From NCBI RefSeq assembly GCF_035084215.1, contig NC_090325.1, positions 76,012,001 through 76,076,000 on the forward strand: a DNA stretch of 64,000 nucleotides, written 5' to 3'. Origin of the DNA: Heptranchias perlo (lineage: Eukaryota). A program made the position numbers and the translations under genes. The notes below the pieces were generated by a model that worked only from the letters and a program-made list of their open reading frames with translations, was not told the DNA's origin and did not search any database. Positions 51,371 to 64,000 of this stretch are shown piece by piece (the stretch's first letter is position 1; each line of letters begins with the position of its first letter).

Positions 51371-53268
51371 CTGAACTCTGAACCTTTAAAACTACCTGTC
51401 CACAAATACTGCTTTATGGTGCATTGCAGCTCTTGGAAAGTTGCTGACTCATTAGATTGTGTGCTCCCCAGCTAACTGTGCTGCATGTCACGCTCTTTGG
51501 GCAAGCTTTGCTTGTGCTATCACAAAATTCAGCACAGCTTGCCCCCTGCCCATGTTATCGTACAGTTGAGCCAGCACCATGGGCCAGTGTAAACCCATTT
51601 TTGAATAACTTGCAAAATCAGGGCTTAGGTATAATGAATTCAAAATAAGGGATAGCTATTCTGGTGTAACTAATTCATGCTGATTGTTGTAAGTAAACCA
51701 ATCTTTAGCCTTTTGTTAAAAAAAAACTTCGGCAACAATGAAAAATAAACTGAGAATGGTCTTATGTTGTCCAATGCAAGTTCATGAAAAATTAAAAGTA
51801 TAACTTTGCACTTTCCTTGTGAAATAAATTATCATTTGTACCATTACTTTAATAAAAATTTCCATTAAAAATTGTCAAAAGTAGAACAGAGGCCCAAATG
51901 TCCAGCTGGAAACCGGGTGCTTGCATTTCAAAATAGCATGCTCAAATTGTTAAGTGTGACATGTATTTAAACTGTTTAAGATAAGGAATTTATTTGTTAT
52001 TATTATCAGAGACATGTAAAGAATTCAAAATATAGCAAATAGTTTTAAGCAGAAATAAACTAAGAATCAAATATAAAAAAGTATAGGATCATTACTATGC
52101 ACATACAATGAACACAAACCTGCTGAACTCTGAACCTTTAAAACTACCAGCCCACAAATACTGCTTTTTAAAGATTACCTGTCGCACTATGTTCTTTAAC
52201 CATGTTTGGGATCACAGGTCCATAAATCAAAGTCCAGGTTTTAAATACCCAATAACTGACTCCTCCCTCCAAATTGTTTATACCCATCCCTTACCTTCCC
52301 TCATCCCAATTATGATCTGATTGCTTTCCCTCCCACACGTTTAATAATTAAGCTATATCCCTTTGGCTTATTTAACCAAGCTTTGTTATTGTCTTCAGCA
52401 AGAATTCTTTCCCACCAAAGTGCACTGTCAGCTAGGAGTTTCCCATCATTTGATTAAATGGGTATAATATAGTCCACCATAGGGCAAATTGAACGTGGGC
52501 TCTGGAGGGAATGGTGTTGTTCAGTTGAAAAGGCTGTGCATCTTTCAAACTCTCTTATATTTTTACCCGACAACTTAAATTTTCCACATTTTCTATTTTA
52601 TTGCTCCCTGAGTTTAATTGATAATATGTTATTCTCAACTGGGAGCACAGGGGTACCCTGAGCCTGAACTTTAAAATTCTCAGGCACAAACTTATAAATT
52701 ACTATTAGTGATATTAACTGATGAATGCTCAACAAGCTCAAGTGAAATTCTTATGCCCTCTACTTTAGCAGAGGCATTAGCACATTTAAAATAAATAGGT
52801 TAGTGCTTAAATTAAAATAGTGGACAGAAAAATGCCATAAAAACAGGTTAAATACTTGTCTGGTAATGTTTCCATCACTAATTTCAATGCTGAAATGCCA
52901 ATATAGCAGCTGATGGCAATCATTTGTAAACCTTATACAAAGTCTACCGGGTGAGATTGCTCAGACTAGCTTATGGACACGTTATTTGTTCTCAGTAATT
53001 GATGGATAGGTTTCCTTCTTTTCTTGTGACATAGACATTTTCCTAGTATGTTACTGCATGCTATTGTAATGTTATAATTGCCACTAAAGCAAACCACAGT
53101 ACACTGTATTTATTAATGTAACAAATATTATAGGGATGAAGTATTTATTTAACTTTTCATAAATAGTTACCAATTTTGTTTGAAAAACATCATAATTATA
53201 CTGTTATAAAAACAGAAAATGCTGGAAATACTCAACAAGTCAGTTAGCATCTGCGGAAAAAGAAACAG

Positions 53269-53305
53269 AGTTAACGTTTCAGGTCGATGACCTTTCATCA
53301 GAACT
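53269..53305 (-). ncRNA. Minimal type I hammerhead-ribozyme motif in the Penelope terminal repeat
   Basis: Minus strand AGUU-CUGAUGA-A-AGGUC(auc)GACCU-GAAAC-GUU-AACU: both core boxes, 5-bp stem II, 4-bp stem I, and palindromic AACGUU in place of stem III. Confidence 0.7.
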
Positions 53306-53334
53306 GGAAGAAGTTAAACATTTAACAGTTTTTA

Positions 53335-54370
<1,036 letters not shown>

Positions 54371-56104
54371 GCAAGAACAAAAAGGGAAGGTCTGTGATAG
54401 GGTGGAGGGCAGGAGTGATTCAATGACAAAAGGGATGATGGTAATGGGATAGGTTGAGAAACAAAAGATGGGTCTAGAGGGGCTGTAAATGGCAACAGCA
54501 GAACTATTACCAGCACCTGCTGTCTGAAAAAATGGGAGCAGTGGTTGTGATCTGAAGTGGAAGGTGGGATCGTCAGACCAGGTGCGACAGAGACGGAGAA
54601 ACTGGGAGAATGGAATAGAGTTCTTATAGAAATTAGGGTAGGAGGAAGTGTAATCAAGGTCGCTGTGGGAGTTGCCAATAATTATACTGTTATTTGGGTT
54701 AAAGATAATGTATGTGTTATTATAATAAAGACTGTCAACATATTTATTGCACTGTTTTGGTAAAAACTTTAAGTTCAAACAATGTTAAGATTAGAAACCA
54801 GTTATTAACATATTTTGTTTTGAGACACCAGGTGTATGATATACTTGGATCAGTGACCAGAACATCACTTCCTAGACAATAAACCATTAAAAAAATCCCT
54901 GTAGAAAATGCTAGAAGAATATCAACGTTGCCTGCAATTAATGACAACAAGGCATAGGAATAGTACTTGAAAGTGATCTTCTTGTCCATGACTATCTGCT
55001 TGCATACTTATTATTCTATAGAGGTCACCTGATATTCCTGACACTATTAATGGCCACATTTACCTAGTTTATAGTGTCAGCTTTGAAAGGTTGAATGTGA
55101 TCATAGGGACAATGGAAGAGTCTAGCCTAGGGAATGACAAACAAGGTGTCAAATGAAATAAAAACAAAGAAACTTGGAAAAACATAGTGGTTAATGGTAG
55201 GGCATTTTATCAAAACTTGCCTAGTGTCACCTACTCAACTAAAAGTCTTCGCCACAAATTTCTTTGAGTTCTACCGGGAGTTCCTGGTCAGCCTTGTAAA
55301 GAGCAGAACCTCTACCCATCCCTTACAAAGTCAATGATGTAAAGGTGACACAGCCAGGGGCAGTTCTCAGGATAGTGATTCCCTAGGCTGTGGGTTCCTG
55401 CTTCCCCATCACAGACCTGTGCAAGCAGGCCCCGCCGGGGAAGTAGACTAGACCTCAACGATAAAGTGAGAATTTTTAAAAAAAATTGTCTATTAGCCCC
55501 TTTGCACAAGGGGCTAAGGGGGTCTCCATGGGTTCTGGGGGGGGGGGGGAAGACAGATGTCTTATTTTCTGCTAATCTGAGACAGATAGGAGCCTGAGAT
55601 GAGCCATTAGCAGCATGGGTGCCAGCTGGTCCCATGCTAAAGACATGCCCTCCCACTGATCTAACTAAATCCAGCAGGGCCAAGCGATGGGGCACTGGTG
55701 GGGGTGCACCCTACTGTAACTAACAGAATCACAACCCGTGGACTTTCAGGCCTATTGTCCAGTGTGCTTCCATTATATCACATCCTTCAAAGTATAGCTT
55801 CAGAGGTATCACATCTCAAAAGTGGCGTAATATATTTCAGTATCAGTAAAGTGTATAATTTTTTTACATCAAGTCAGTTGTATAATATGTTACTCAGTAA
55901 ATGTATCACAGAAATGGATGAACCACTGCAACAGGATAGTAAACATCAGAAACTGCATTCCACATCCCAGCCTACCTGCATAGAAAGTCTACCAATTTAT
56001 TTTAAAAAGTAACCTATTTTCATGTGCATCCCTCTGAGTTCTGATGACGTGTCCCAACTGAAATGTTGACTTACCTTTTCTCTTACAAACATTAACTAAC
56101 CTGC

Positions 56105-56449
56105 AATAAAAACAGAAAATGCTGGAGAAGCTCAGCAATTCAGGCAGCATCTGTGGAGAAAGAAACAGAGTTAATGTTTCAGGTCGATGACTTTTCGTGA
56201 GAACTGAAAGATGTTAAAGTTTTTGAGCAAGTACAGAGTCAGGGAGAGGGGAGGGGAGGAAAGGGGGGCCTAATTTGGAGAAAAAAAGAAGAAAAAAGAG
56301 GGGAGGGGAGGAAATTACAAAAGGGAAAGTCTGTGATAGGGTAGAGGGCACGAGTGATTAAATGACAAAAGGGATGATGGTGCAAGGTAAGAAAGGTGGT
56401 AATGGGACAAGCAAAGAAACAAAAGATTGATCAGTAGCAGCTGATTTTG
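56105..56449 (-). mobile_element. Penelope terminal fragment inserted into an older opposite-strand Penelope fragment (~56030-56520)
   Basis: Similar to 53208-53350 and 54375-54470; 14-bp TSD attaactaacctgc at 56091-56104 and 56450-56463. Confidence 0.8.
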
Positions 56450-57079
56450 ATTAACTAACCTGCTGTGTATTTCCAGCATTTTCTGTTTTTATTTCAGATT
56501 TTCAGCATTCATAATTTTTCTTTTTATCTCATGGTATCAAATGAACTGTGTTTTGAATGAGACTAACTGTTAATTATCTCAGAAAATTAAAAAGCTTAAA
56601 GGTATAAAAACAATCTTGGGGAACTCTTTAATGTATTACATGCATGGTAAATGTGGTTTTGGATACAGGCATAGTTATCTTTGAAATAAATGTTTGTTTA
56701 CATAATTTTATGTTGATATAAGCTTTATGAAATTTTTGAATTACAGTTGGAAAGAGAATAAAGATGTGTGGGAGTGCACTGCCAGGCTGCAACAACTGGG
56801 CTGGTATCATAAAGGTGGTGAGCAACGCTGTTGTGGAGCTTTGCGTTTGGAGTTAGTAGTTTGGGTTGGTGTCCTGCATGATTCCATCGCCTTTATCACA
56901 ATATTTGTAACTGTATTTGTCTTCCATCTGATAACACACCTGTCAACAGCGGGGAATGTTTGCAGTGATGTTTATCAGCAAAAGTTTTCAAATCATTTAA
57001 GCATATGGAACTGTGTATATTTTTAAGAGTGACATACATCAAAATAGATCACATTTTCAAACCAAAATAAATGATATCA

Positions 57080-57226
57080 GAGTTAACGTTTCAGGTCGAA
57101 GACTGAACTTCGACTTGAAATCTTAACTCTGTTTCTTTCCCCACAGATGCTGCCTGACTTGCTGAGCTTCTCCAGCATTTTCTGTTTTTAGTTCAGATTG
57201 CCAGTATCGGCAGTATTTTGCTTTTG
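57080..57226 (+). mobile_element. Short Penelope insertion with an inverted 5' end
   Basis: 13-bp TSD ataaatgatatca (57067-57079, 57227-57239); the first ~23 nt are an inverted copy of the adjacent sequence. Confidence 0.82.
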
Positions 57227-57589
57227 ATAAATGATATCACTTCTTTTGAGTGTTTTTAGTATGACCCCCCCCCGCGAAGGCTTATGAAAAAGTACTCTCA
57301 ACAAATGCACTGCCATCTGAACAAAAACGTTATTGCTAAATTAGATTTTACACAATATTGTTTTTTTTTCATTGTCTTAATTTACTTTAACACTGTGAAC
57401 AAGGAAGCATTACCGCGTTGGACAAATAAAGGTAGTCATATATGCCTCTTTTAATAACCCGTAAGGAAACATTGGGTTGCCCCAGTGTCACCATCAAAAA
57501 TAATCGAACAAAAGTGCCCCCTTTTTAGATGGACACAACTAATAAACAAAGCCACGTATATAATTCAGCGTTTTACCAAAGGGAGGGAG

Positions 57590-58010
57590 GGACTCTCTGG
57601 GGCACACGTGAGGCGGTGGCCGCAGCGAGCTTTTATGTGACCGCAGGTGTAACCACTCCCGGGAGTGTCCAGGTTCGCCTTTAATAGGCGCTCTGAGTCG
57701 GACTTGGTGTTCGGGCTGAGAGGTTTGTTGGATTATGCTGGTTTCGATGTGCGTACATTTCTAATTGCACGTTCCAATGTGTTTTTAAGTATTGTGAACT
57801 TTTGATGTTTTGTATCGGCTTATTTCCTACTGGGTATTTAAACACCTAACATCAACACTAATGTCACTTTTTTTGCCTCCTGCCGTTCTGAGTCCAAATT
57901 GTAACCAGGGCGATCGTGGGTTGGGGGTGCTATGATACTTTGTGGATGATGTAGTTTCAGTCTCTGTCTCTTAAACGGGGGGATTGGTTAAAGAACTACA
58001 ATTCCCAGAG
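57590..58010 (+). promoter_or_regulatory. Putative promoter/non-coding first exon of the next gene (probably MTUS1 by synteny)
   Basis: Local CpG enrichment, CACGTG (57605-57610), possible donor AG|GTTTGT at 57722/57723, ATTGG (57983-57987) and ZNF143/THAP11-type ACTACAATTCCCAG (57995-58008); repeat-poor. Confidence 0.55.
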
Positions 58011-59317
58011 ATCACTTTCTTTTAATCGTCAGGTGCTGCTAACAAAGTTCTCTCACCACCAATGAAACGTATTAGAACTGCTATAATCAAAGTAGCCCCC
58101 TTTTTTTTGAAGGGGTCAGGACATGGTACTTGGATTTAACTTTCTGTCTACAAGTATACAAGTAGAGTGTAAATCAATTAATTTTGTGAATACTTGTAGT
58201 AATCTGGCCGTGCAAAACTTTTTGGAGTGTTCCACTGCTATCAAACGAACTCTTTTTTTTCCCTCCTCTCCTCCCTAACTTCGTATTCTTTTATGCAATT
58301 TCACTGAATGTATTTGGGTGAGAATCTAATTTTAAATCGTTGCGTTTCACCCACCAATCAATTTAAATGTTAACTATAAACTTTTTATTATTGTTGTCGG
58401 CTAAGCAACTATTTTTGCGTCGCACTTTTGTTTAACGAAGGTGCTGGATGAAACAGGAAGTCGAAGTTTTAAAACGTGAACCGAATGAAGTATTTATATT
58501 GCCAGTTTTGAAACTCTCAAGTTTTATGAATATTCTAGTTGTGTCTATAATTATATTATGGAACACGCCTTTTTAGAAGAACAAGAATAGTGATGTCTGG
58601 TGGTTAGCTATTAGTTATAGATGTGTATTTAATTGGATCACATTTCCACGAAAGGATTGGTTTTCAAACAGCTGCCAAAATTCCTCGGGGTTAAGGACTG
58701 GATGTTACAGGGCAACTGAACTTTGTGCCAGCTACTTATTAGTAAGTTGTCTAATAGGTTTTATTTATTTGGTTTGCCAAGCAATTAACTTTACATTACT
58801 AGGTCACCTTGTAACATAAGATTTTGTTTCAGGTCGTTACTGTAGCAACTGGCCTGTACCTATAGTGTAGGGTTGGTTCTGCAGTAATTAAATCACGTAG
58901 CAAGAACTGCACGAACACGTGGAATTTGTTACTTAGGGACCACTAACTAGCTTTCCCCAAAGCCGAGGCAAAATGCGTGTAGACTAACATAACTTTTTTT
59001 GGAGCGGGTGATTTGGCACATAGTATGGCAAGTTGCTGTGGATTTATACAGCTGTTTAGATGTGTGGGCCAAACTGTGCCCCTTCGTGTGCATTTTGTTT
59101 TTTTTCCATTCACTCACTTTTGGTTTGCTGCCTTAAAGCTGTTGGTAGTGATTCACAAACATAGGATTTATGCTGTTTGTGTCAAAATACTAGGAATGGA
59201 TTGAAGGGAAAGGAGGGCAAACTCTCTTAAATCTTGATGTCAGTTAGGGGGTGGGGACATAGATGTATCAGCACTGACATAGTTGCTTGATGAGTCAACT
59301 CCATCTGTATTATGTCT

Positions 59318-59700
59318 GCAGTGGCTCAGTTGGTAGCACTCTGAACTTTGGTTGTGGGTTCAAGTCCCACTCCAGAGATTTGAGCACAAAATCTAGGCTG
59401 ACACTCAGGGAACTGCTGCCTTTCAAGAGATGTTAAACTGAGTCCCTATCTGGCCCCTCAGGTGGATGTAAAATATCTTGTGCCACTATTTCAAAGAAGA
59501 GCAGGTTTGCCTGGCCAATATTTATCCCTCAACCAACTCCACTAAAACAGATTATCTGGCCATTATCGCATTGCTGTTGTGCTGCTGTGTTTCCTACATT
59601 ACAACAGTGACTACTACGCTTCAAAAAGTACTTAATTGTTTCCAAAGCACTTTGGGGTGTCCTGAGGTCATGAAAGGTGCTACATAATTGCAAGTTTTTT
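59318..59700 (+). mobile_element. tRNA-derived DeuSINE (SacSINE1/AmnSINE1-like)
   Basis: A box tggctcagttgg, B box ggttcaagtcc; Deu-domain-like ctcaggtggatgtaaaa..cactatttcaaagaagagcagg..cctggccaatatttatccctcaacc. Confidence 0.82.
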
Positions 59701-59859
59701 TCCTTACCCACCGATATGGCTGAGCAGCAATTGATCAGTGCAGGTTAGAATTCTATGCAACATACTATTGCAAGTGTCAATAATTCTTTCAAAAGGCCAT
59801 TTTGATGGTTGCTTGAGAAACTTGGAATATTACAGGATATGGGAAGTGAGTAAGAGAAT

Positions 59860-61535
59860 GGCAATACCAATAATAGCAGATTATCAAGGGGCAAAGGGGA
59901 GGGAGGAATTAAAAATATTGCTTGAGGGGGGAAAAAAGTACTAGGTAAACTAATGGGTCAAAAGGCTGACCAGTCCCCTGGACCAGATGGCTTGCATCTG
60001 AGGGTCTTAAAGGAAGTGGCTACAGAGATAGTGGATGCATTGGTTGTAATCTTCCAGAATTCACTAGATTCTGGAAAGGTCCCAGCGGATTGGAAAACTG
60101 CAAATGTAACACCCCTATTCAAGAAGGGAGTGAGACAGAAAGCAGGTAACTATAGACCGGTTAGCCTAACATCTGTCATTGGGGAAAATGCTAGAATCCA
60201 TTATTAAGGAAGCAGCAGCAGGACATTTGGAGACTCATAATACAATCAAGGAGAGTCAACATGGTTTTATGAGGGGGAAATCATGTCTGACAAATTTATT
60301 AGAGTTCGTTGAGGAAGTAATGGGCAGGGTGGATAAAGGGGAACCAATGGATGCAGTATATTTGGATTTCTAAAAGGCATTCGATAAGGTACCACATAAA
60401 AGATTACTGCACAAGATAAGAGCTCATGGTGTTGGGGGTAATCTATTGGCATGGATAGAGGATTGGCTAACTAACAGAAAGCAAAGAGTTGGGATAAAAG
60501 GGTCATTTTCAAAATGGCAATCTGTAACTAGAGGGGTGCCGCAGGGCTCAGTGCTGGGCCCTCAATTCTTTACAATATATATCAATGACTTGGATGAAGG
60601 AACAGAGTGTCTTGTGGTCAAATTTGCTGCTGATCAAAGATAGGTGGAAAAGCAAGTTACGATGAGGACAGTGTCTACAAAGGGATATTGACAGGTTAAG
60701 CAAATGGGCAAAAATTTGACAGATGGAATATAATGTGGGAAAATGTGAAGTCATCCACTTTGGGAGGAAAAATAAAAAAGCACAATATTATTTGAATGGA
60801 GAAATGCTGCAGTACAGAGAGATCTGGGTGTCCTCATACATGAAACACAAAAAGTAAACATACAGGTGCAGCAGGTAATCCGGAAGGCAAACAGAATATT
60901 GACCTTTATTTCTAGGGGGATGGAGTATAAAAGCAGGGAAGTCATGCTACAACTGTACAGGGTGCTGGTGAGACCACACCTGGAGTACTGCGTACAGTTC
61001 TGGTGCCCTTATTTAAGGAAGGACATACTTGCATTGGAGGCAGTTCAGAGAAGGTTCACTCGGTTGATTCTGGGTATGGAAGGATTGTGTTATGAGGAAA
61101 GATTAGACAGGTTGGGTCCATACTCATTGGAGTTTAGAAGAATGAGAGGAGATCTTATTGAAACATACAAGATTCTGAGGGGACTCGATAGGGTAGATGC
61201 TGAGAGGATGTTACCCCTCATGGGGGAATCCAAAACTAGGGCGCATAGTTTCAGAATAAGAGGTCGCCTGTTTAAGACGGAAATGAGGAGGAATTTCTTT
61301 TCCGAGTGTCGTGAATCTTTGGAATTCTTTACCCCAAAAAGCTGTGGAGGCTGAGTCATTGAATACATTTAAGGCTGAGTTAGACAAATTTTTGATCAGC
61401 AAGGGTGTCAAAGGATATGGGGTGGGGGGGGGGGGAGGAAAGTGGGAAAGTTGAGGTAAAAATTAGATCAGCCATGATCTCGTTAAATGGCGGAGCAGGG
61501 CCAAATGGCCTACTCCTGCTCCTTTCTCTAACTGT
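59860..61535 (+). mobile_element. CR1 LINE fragment (~1.7 kb)
   Basis: SPGPDGLHLRVLKE, NYRPVSLTS and GVPQGSVLGP motifs; CR1 3' tail. Confidence 0.93.
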
Positions 61536-62699
61536 CTTAATAGATTGCGATTTGTAATGGAATAACACTCGTCTAAACTTGATGGGTTAAGTGGCTGGAT
61601 TGAAAGCATTAAACTACATAGTTTTAAATATTTGCTTAACTTGAGCATAGGTGGATTCAATAAACAGGGCAATTAATGCTAATTGATTAATACACTGGTA
61701 TTTTTTTGTAATGAGTAACATTTCACATTACCAAGAACAGACACCTCTCTGAATTAAATAGTTGATATGTTGAATATTGTTAGTATCTTGAGAATTAGGT
61801 TTCTTTTAGATCTAATTGGTACATATTGGACACTTAATGCAAAATTAACATGAATTTTGATATTTGCTGTGAACATTTGGAAATTTGATTTTTTTATTTT
61901 TGACTAAGCATGGGGCTTTTGGAGCTTAACTGTTGGGACTATGTAATAGCTTTTGAAAGTTACATTTCCAATTCCATAAGTAACTTCTTTGTAGTCTTTG
62001 CCTCTAATGTCAAAGTTGCTCCTCCCTTGTATGCATTCCACTTGCTGCAAAGAGAGGGTGGGGCAGGTACTGGTGTCCATCAGTGCCATTATTGATCCAA
62101 GCTTCTGCCCTTCAATTTATTCAATTTGGTTGGAGTACTGGGCAACAAGCTTTTGGAAAAGGAAGTATTTATGTGGCACGGCAAACTAGATAACTGTTGG
62201 CAACAATTTGGTTGACTATGGTGGGCACATAATTTGTTAAGTCTTGTTGAACATCTGTAAACGCTTTTCCATTATGTGTAGGCATAAATATATTCTAACA
62301 ATTCTTGAGTTTTCTTGATTCACTTCAGTTGTTCATAAACTCAATATATTTCTCTGGACCTTTTTTAAATGTGTGGAGTTTCTTTGCCCCACTCTGTTTC
62401 ACCCCAAATTCAAGTTTAATGCTAAATGCTGCTGACTTTGTGGTTAGTCATGTGTGTCAACCCACCCCAATCATGCCTTGATGGTTATTAGAAATGGTGA
62501 AATTTTATTCCCCAGCAGCTTTTTAGGGTTAAGGGCTTTTTTGTTTTTGGTAATTAGTGGTTAGTGTGATCCTAGACTTCTAAAGTGTCTCAACTGCTTC
62601 ATTGTAGTTTAAAATTAAATTTATGGTTAGCAGTGCAAACTCTCTGGTCATGAGTATGAGTTTGCTTCTGAAGATTTTCACTTTTTGATATCTGATGAA

Positions 62700-63230
62700 A
62701 GTACTTAGATTTATGCAGCATCTTGCATGTCCTTGGGATGTCCCAAGGTACTTTATAACCAGTGAAATACTTGTGAAGTGTACTCACTGTAGGGAAATGT
62801 GACGGCCATTTCTCCAGTCCCACCAACAGCAGTGAGATAAATGATCAGATTTTTTTTTGGTGTTGGTTGGTTGAGGGGTGACTTAATTAGGACACTAGGA
62901 TAACACTCCTTTGACTGCTGCCATGGGATATTTTACACCAATTTGAAATAGGCAGATGGGGACTCAGTTTAATGTCTTTTTTTATTTGTTTATGGGATGT
63001 GGATGTTGCTGGCAAGGCCAGCATTTATTGCCCATCCCTTTAGTGCCTTTTGAGAAGGTGGCGGTGAGCGGCCTTCTTGACCTGCTGCAGTCCATCTCTT
63101 GAAAGACACCACCTCTGACCATGGGACACTCCTACTCATCTGGACTGACTTCAGTGCAGTATAGGAGTTCAAATTCTGGAGTGGGACTTGTGACCATGAC
63201 TTTCTAACCAAGGTGAGCCAAGCTGACTGG
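62700..63230 (-). mobile_element. Degraded DeuSINE with a nested LINE-type 3' tail (~62976-63095)
   Basis: Reverse-complement similarity to 59318-59700 and to 29634-29760. Confidence 0.7.
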
Positions 63231-63389
63231 AATGTGGCAAATTAACTTGAACTTGTAAACTGCTGTAGCCCAGGTTTAAGATCATTTCAGTTACTGAAAT
63301 GGCTCCTTTCACTTTGGTTTATAGCCACTTGACCTTTTGAATTTAGTGATTAACTCTAGATGGAAAATTCAATCCTAGATGAACTTGCG

Positions 63390-63640
63390 CATTCCCTATC
63401 CCCTTTGCCCCACCACTGGCAGCTGTACTTCCAGCTGTCTAGGCCCTAAGCTCCAGAATGCCCTTCCTAACAATCCTGCACCTTTTTAAGGACTTCTTTA
63501 AAACCTGCCTTTTTGCCCAAGCTTTTAGTCACACTTTTTTTCTAATATCCCTTTGGCATGGTGTCAATTTTTGTCTGATTGCACTTCTGTGAAGTGCCTT
63601 GGGACTATGTTCAAGGCACTACATAAATGCAAGTTGTACA
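63390..63640 (+). mobile_element. L2 3' end
   Basis: ..ttaaaacctgcctttttgcccaagctttt..tgtgaagtgccttggg..gcactacataaatgcaagttg. Confidence 0.6.
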
Positions 63641-64000
63641 TTTTAAGACTCAGTAGAAATCCATTAAATTGTTGTGAAGTGTAGACTTGTAGCTGAGGAC
63701 AGTTAGCGGTGATGCTGCTACTTTCTTTTCTCACCATGCTATTTGCTAATGTGGGGGTGGGTGGAGTAGCTATACTAATTAGTGATAACATAATGGCAGT
63801 AGTAAAAAGGGACATGACGTCAAACAGAATCCATATGGATTGAAATAAATGATTGATCACACTGAGGTTTACTCCAGGCCACCTAATTGTGGAAAAAAGG
63901 TGGAGGAAGAAATGAGTAAAGGACATAGTTAAAATCTCCCATGATTATTCTATCGCCAAATGAACTGGCAAGAGGCAGGTAAATAGGTACAAGGAATGGA

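Noticed and set aside
59318-59380. tRNA gene
   Set aside because: The A and B boxes run into a Deu-domain SINE body; no intact cloverleaf.

Overview
Vertebrate nuclear DNA, very probably from a cartilaginous fish (shark), judged from the repeat content: CR1/HER1-type LINEs, Deu-domain tRNA-SINEs and Penelope-like elements. One host gene can be rebuilt by hand: FGL1 (fibrinogen-like 1/hepassocin) on the + strand, with 7 coding exons (16962-17030, 18053-18239, 20208-20367, 22841-22938, 31013-31101, 32654-32841, 34651-34813). The CDS is 954 nt (317 aa), all introns are GT-AG and the phases join without a break. A probable non-coding first exon ends at 16815. A second promoter/first-exon-like region at about 57.6-58.0 kb is probably MTUS1, by recalled synteny only. 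Most of the rest is transposable-element debris: a Ty1/copia LTR element (probably GalEa clade) with its LTR and tRNA-iMet primer site, nested CR1 and Tx1 LINEs, five Harbinger relics, Penelope-like insertions with clear 13-16 bp target-site duplications (TSDs) and minimal hammerhead-ribozyme motifs, and a G-rich expansion around an assembly gap. I see no convincing new protein-coding system. The most unusual signals are two locally templated inserts at LINE 5' junctions, an apparent ~440 bp target deletion at a Tx1 insertion, the hammerhead motifs and two long hairpins. Family assignments come from remembered motifs, not database searches.
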